From contig OZ024749.1 of assembly GCA_964016885.1 (NCBI GenBank), positions 46,438,001-46,502,000 of the forward strand: a DNA stretch of 64,000 bases, in the 5' to 3' direction. The notes under the pieces were generated by a model. That model was not told the DNA's origin. It made no database searches and saw only the letters and a list, made by a program, of their open reading frames with translations. The position numbers were made by a program, and so were the translations under genes. The DNA is from Eledone cirrhosa (Eukaryota). Shown here piece by piece: positions 59,730-64,000 of the stretch; the first letter of the stretch is position 1; each line of letters starts with the position of its first letter.

Positions 59730-60067
59730 CGGTAAGTAAATAAGGTACTCAATGCATTAGTAGAATGTAAATATCAAATTTAATATAGAAATAGGTTCTA
59801 CAGTTCAAGAACTGTTTCATAATGATTTCCTTCGAATGAGAAATTTCTAGTCATATAGAAGGCATTTCTATGTTAAATTTGATATATATATATTTACATA
59901 TATGAGTTCCTGAGATAGGTAACATCTTGTCCACAACGCCAAGAGATTTCGGCTCAGCCGAAACCGCTTGGCCCGAGCTTCGCATTTTACCCGCCCACAT
60001 ATACACACACACACAACACACACACACGCAAACACACATACACACACACACAGACATACGCACACAC

Positions 60068-60132
<65 letters not shown>

Positions 60133-61005
60133 TAATAAAAATAATAATTAAAATATAAAGTGATAAAAAGTTGATATATATTTTAATTTGTTCTATATTT
60201 GCATGCAGAATGCTTCAACATATTGCAGTTAGAGAGTGCAAACTCTATAAAATTGATTTAGTTTTTGTAGTTCAGACAGTTAAAAAGATTAAATATAAGA
60301 TTTCGTTAAAATTATATTATTTCACTCTCTGAAATAGTATGATTCAACTAAAATAATAATAAATACATTAAATCTTCTTATTTCGTTCTGAAAGATTGAA
60401 AGAAGACAGAGAGAGATAGTGAGAGAAAGAGAGGCAGGGAAATGTAAGAGCCAGACAGATAGAGAGATCAAAGAAAAAAATCTTATTGAAATATACGTAA
60501 TTGTTTTTATGCTAAAATCTATTCAAAGCAGTTGGTCAGACGTTCGAACGACGAAGAAAATCTATCTTTTAGCCCCGTTCTTCATGTTTTCAATTACTTT
60601 TAGGAATTTCGTGTATGTATATTAGAGGGACAGAAATGACAGAGCCGTCAGAATGATCGATTTAATTGTTTCTGATTTGGTTCCTGTTTTCTGCGCTCTG
60701 ACGAAGTCAACTTTGCGATTCATCGTTTCAAGATCGATAAAACAATGTACCAGTCCAATACTGTGTTGGGTTCTAACTTTATAACTCTTTCTCACTTTGT
60801 TTCGCCATTTCTTCTCTTTCTCTCTGTAAAAAAAGAAAGAAATCTTCTCTATGTATAAACCTTTTGAAGGGGACTTTGCAAGGCATAAGACGACAAAACA
60901 AGACCCATATGTCACTACGTTGCACTTAAGATACGTATATTACCAGATGGCTGTCAATACAATATTCAGTACAAACACACATGTATAGATATATATATAT
61001 ATTAC

Positions 61006-61452
61006 AAAATAGAAGCTTTCACCGTATTTTGACTAACAATTTTTTAGCCTGATAGTGGGGTTTAGAACCCTCAGAGAAATGGAAAAAGATGAGTATTGAC
61101 GTACATAGGAGTCGAACCCACATCTTTAGTTATCCAGACCACTGTGCTACCATTAAACCAACACATCACCCATCTCCATCCTTCAAATTAGAAGCTACAT
61201 TCTTAACAAGTAGGTATGTTTTGAAACAGCGAGCAAGTTTGAAATTAGAAAATAGAAGCTTTCACCGTATTTTTTTACTAAATAAACTTTAGCCTGATAG
61301 TGGGGTTTAGAACCCTCAGAGAAATTGAAAAATATGAGTATTGACGTACAGGGGAGTCGAACCCACATCTTTAGTCCAGGCCACTTGCTAAGAATGTAGC
61401 TTCTAATTTGATTAGAAAGAGATGGGTGATGTGTTGGTGTAATAGTAGCATA
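61006..61452. repeat. About 243-bp tandem unit (about 1.55 copies) plus an inverted arm, containing a tRNA-like sequence
   Basis: aaaatagaagctttcaccg at 61006 and about 61249; 61383-61452 inverts about 61145-61212; related fragment at 7731-7795. Confidence 0.8.
61097..61167 (-). ncRNA. tRNA-like 71-nt cloverleaf (tRNA-derived, probably not a functional tRNA)
   Basis: GATGTGT/GTACGTC acceptor, A-box TGGTTTAATGG, loop CTGGATA, T-arm GTGGG-TTCGACT-CCTAT; TTTTT about 10 nt downstream. Confidence 0.6.
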
Positions 61453-61566
61453 CTTAATTGCCTCATGAAACTTTGAATTTGTTCCTTTTAGATTTTTGCT
61501 TTATCACTACATACTCCCACATCTGATCTTAGTGCACGAGAACTTTGTGTATTATTTTCGATTGTA

Positions 61567-61790
61567 AGGGTGGTGGATTGGCAGTATCGGTAGAGGGTCG
61601 GACGAGATGCTTTGCAGCATAGAGGTACGGCCGTTTATGATTTGAGTTCAAATCCCGCTGTGGTCAAATTTGCCTTTCATCCTTACGGGGTCGATAAAAT
61701 AAAGTACCAGTCACGTACTGGGTTCGGTTTAATCGATTTTTCCCCTCCTCCAAATTGCTGGCTTTGTGCCTATATAAGAAACCATTATTT
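61567..61790 (+). mobile_element. tRNA-derived SINE (longer 3' variant)
   Basis: A-box tggcagtatcgg, B-box gagttcaaatcc, central domain. Confidence 0.9.
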
Positions 61791-62967
61791 TCGATAATAA
61801 CCGCAGCGAGACCAATGGATTTAGAATGGAAATGTATTACGCTGAATGTAAGTGCAATACTGTTTATATAGACATATAAACCCCTATGTTTTAGTATATA
61901 TATTATAGAGAAATGCTGGTTTTAAGTTTTGTCCATGTATATCCGTAACGTACATATTCAAGAAACAAAGGCCGATAATATATGTATATATCATTGGAAG
62001 GAAAATGTGTTGGCTTATATATAATTGACTGAAGGCTAATGTAAAGAGCCAGAATACATACCGTCTTTCTGGCAAAGTAGATTAATTGAACACCTGCTAT
62101 TTATTTTATCGACCACATAATTCTGAAAGGCAAAGTTGACCTCAGCCAGATTTATGCCAGAAAAAAAATACCACACTATCATTGTTTCTGATGCTCGACT
62201 TATTCGGCCAATCTATCACCCTGTTATGAACTGATATATTAGAAACACATTAAAGCTCATCCCACCCAACTTCACACGCTGATCTCATTTTAAACATGCT
62301 TAATTTATATATTCATGAAACTATTTCCCTTCAAAAGAAATGACTGTTTTACCAAACTTTCTCTGCATCAAAGTACACTCGCTACTGAGAAATCACAGCA
62401 ATAAGGCAGCGTAGCATTTATAGATATTTCTACTGATTCCTTTATTACAATACACATGGAAAATTTGCTAAATAAAAATTTAAGGCTCATAATTACAATA
62501 TAAATCCGTTGCTTAGCGCAAAACTCTGACATGACTGAATGATCATATATTATTCATGCATGTCCGCATAGATGCTACCTGTGATAGTTTACAGCCTAAA
62601 CAGAAAAGAGGCATGCCCTGAGAAAAGCACTTTACTAGTGTGTACAGTATGAATAGTGTATTGCCATATTGCCTTATTTATGATTTCTCAGTGAAGTATA
62701 ATGTACAAGGTGTGGTTTAGTAGATACATCAAATCATAAATACAATAAAACATTACTGATAAACAAATCTTTTCTGACCAACATTCTGAAGCACTTGTAA
62801 AATTCTGAATTATGCCCTATTAAGTACCCTTTCAACTGAAGCTATAATAAATATGCTTGTACATGTATGTATACGTGTGCATAACCACAACCACAAAAAC
62901 GTACACACACCCATCACATACACACACACACACACACAAAACTCTGTGTGTGTGTATATATATATAC

Positions 62968-63025
<58 letters not shown>

Positions 63026-63071
63026 CGTTTCTGAATTTGTTCTTATTGGCAACATGACCCTCCCAAAGTAT

Positions 63072-63114
<43 letters not shown>

Positions 63115-63737
63115 GATATATAGATGGACAGAGATACGATTACGAACAAACATACATATATATGAAAGCACATTTTATTGTGTAGCTGGAGTATTCAAAG
63201 GTGTTAAGCTGAAAGAGAGATAGTTCTACAACAAAGGGTTGAAGTAAGATACCGATATTTCTTTGGTAAAAGGATATAATATATTATACAACATAACACA
63301 ATGCACACAATAGAATAACATAGTCTATCATACTATTCTATTCGTTTATGTTGTTCTAATATATATCATTCTATATTATTCTATCCTATTATATATTACA
63401 ATGTATTATGTCATATTATACTATATCGTAACTTGTATTGTATTATGTGAGTAGTGCAGTAATTAATTTCCAAATAAATGTATTTATTCCCAGCATGATC
63501 ATTTTCAATTAAATTTCAAATACAGTCTTCAATTCAAATAGAGTGACCTTACATATACACATTCATTGTATATACTTGATGTATGTATAGAAATATGCAT
63601 GTATGTATGAATGTATGTATGTATGCATGCATGTATGTATGTATATCTGTATAAACGTATATATGTATATATGTATGTATGAATGTATGTATGTATATAT
63701 GTATGAGTCTCTCTCTGTCTCTCTCTCTCTCTATATA

Positions 63738-63850
<113 letters not shown>

Positions 63851-64000
63851 TGAGACAGATGGAGAGAGACAAGTAGGAAAACGCGTATGTGTATATGAGC
63901 GATTTCTTATGTGAATATGTGCGTTTGTCTGTTTACACAGATACCTTTCTGTCCATGCTTTGCTCTACAGTTGTTTCCGCAAGAGTAATGCCAAAGCAAT

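Noticed and set aside
61045-61075. Twister or HDV ribozyme reading of GAGGGTTCTAAACCCC / GGCTAA
   Set aside because: Could not find the T1 pseudoknot partner or the P1/P3/L3 elements.

Overview
AT-rich, microsatellite-saturated eukaryotic non-coding DNA. The SINE family and repeat content suggest a cephalopod (Octopus-like) genome, which is an inference. Almost all ORFs in the track are translations of (TA)n/(CA)n/(GA)n runs, and no host protein-coding gene can be supported. Real coding remnants are two Penelope-like elements (PLE; GIY-YIG, one with the RT YRDD motif), a 5'-truncated R4/Dong-clade non-LTR retrotransposon inserted in (TAA)n, and an RTE LINE 3' fragment. Also present are about 12 copies of a tRNA-derived SINE, a hAT MITE with an 8-bp TSD and a probable non-autonomous Helitron. 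The most interesting element is at 24651-26780: four tandem, apparently identical 424-bp non-coding monomers plus one inverted monomer. Each monomer carries an intact type I hammerhead ribozyme with a palindromic helix III, i.e. a non-LTR retrozyme / circular-RNA retroelement. It sits in (TA)n next to a PLE and shares the tails-out inverted architecture of the PLE insertions in this window, several of which carry their own hammerhead motifs.
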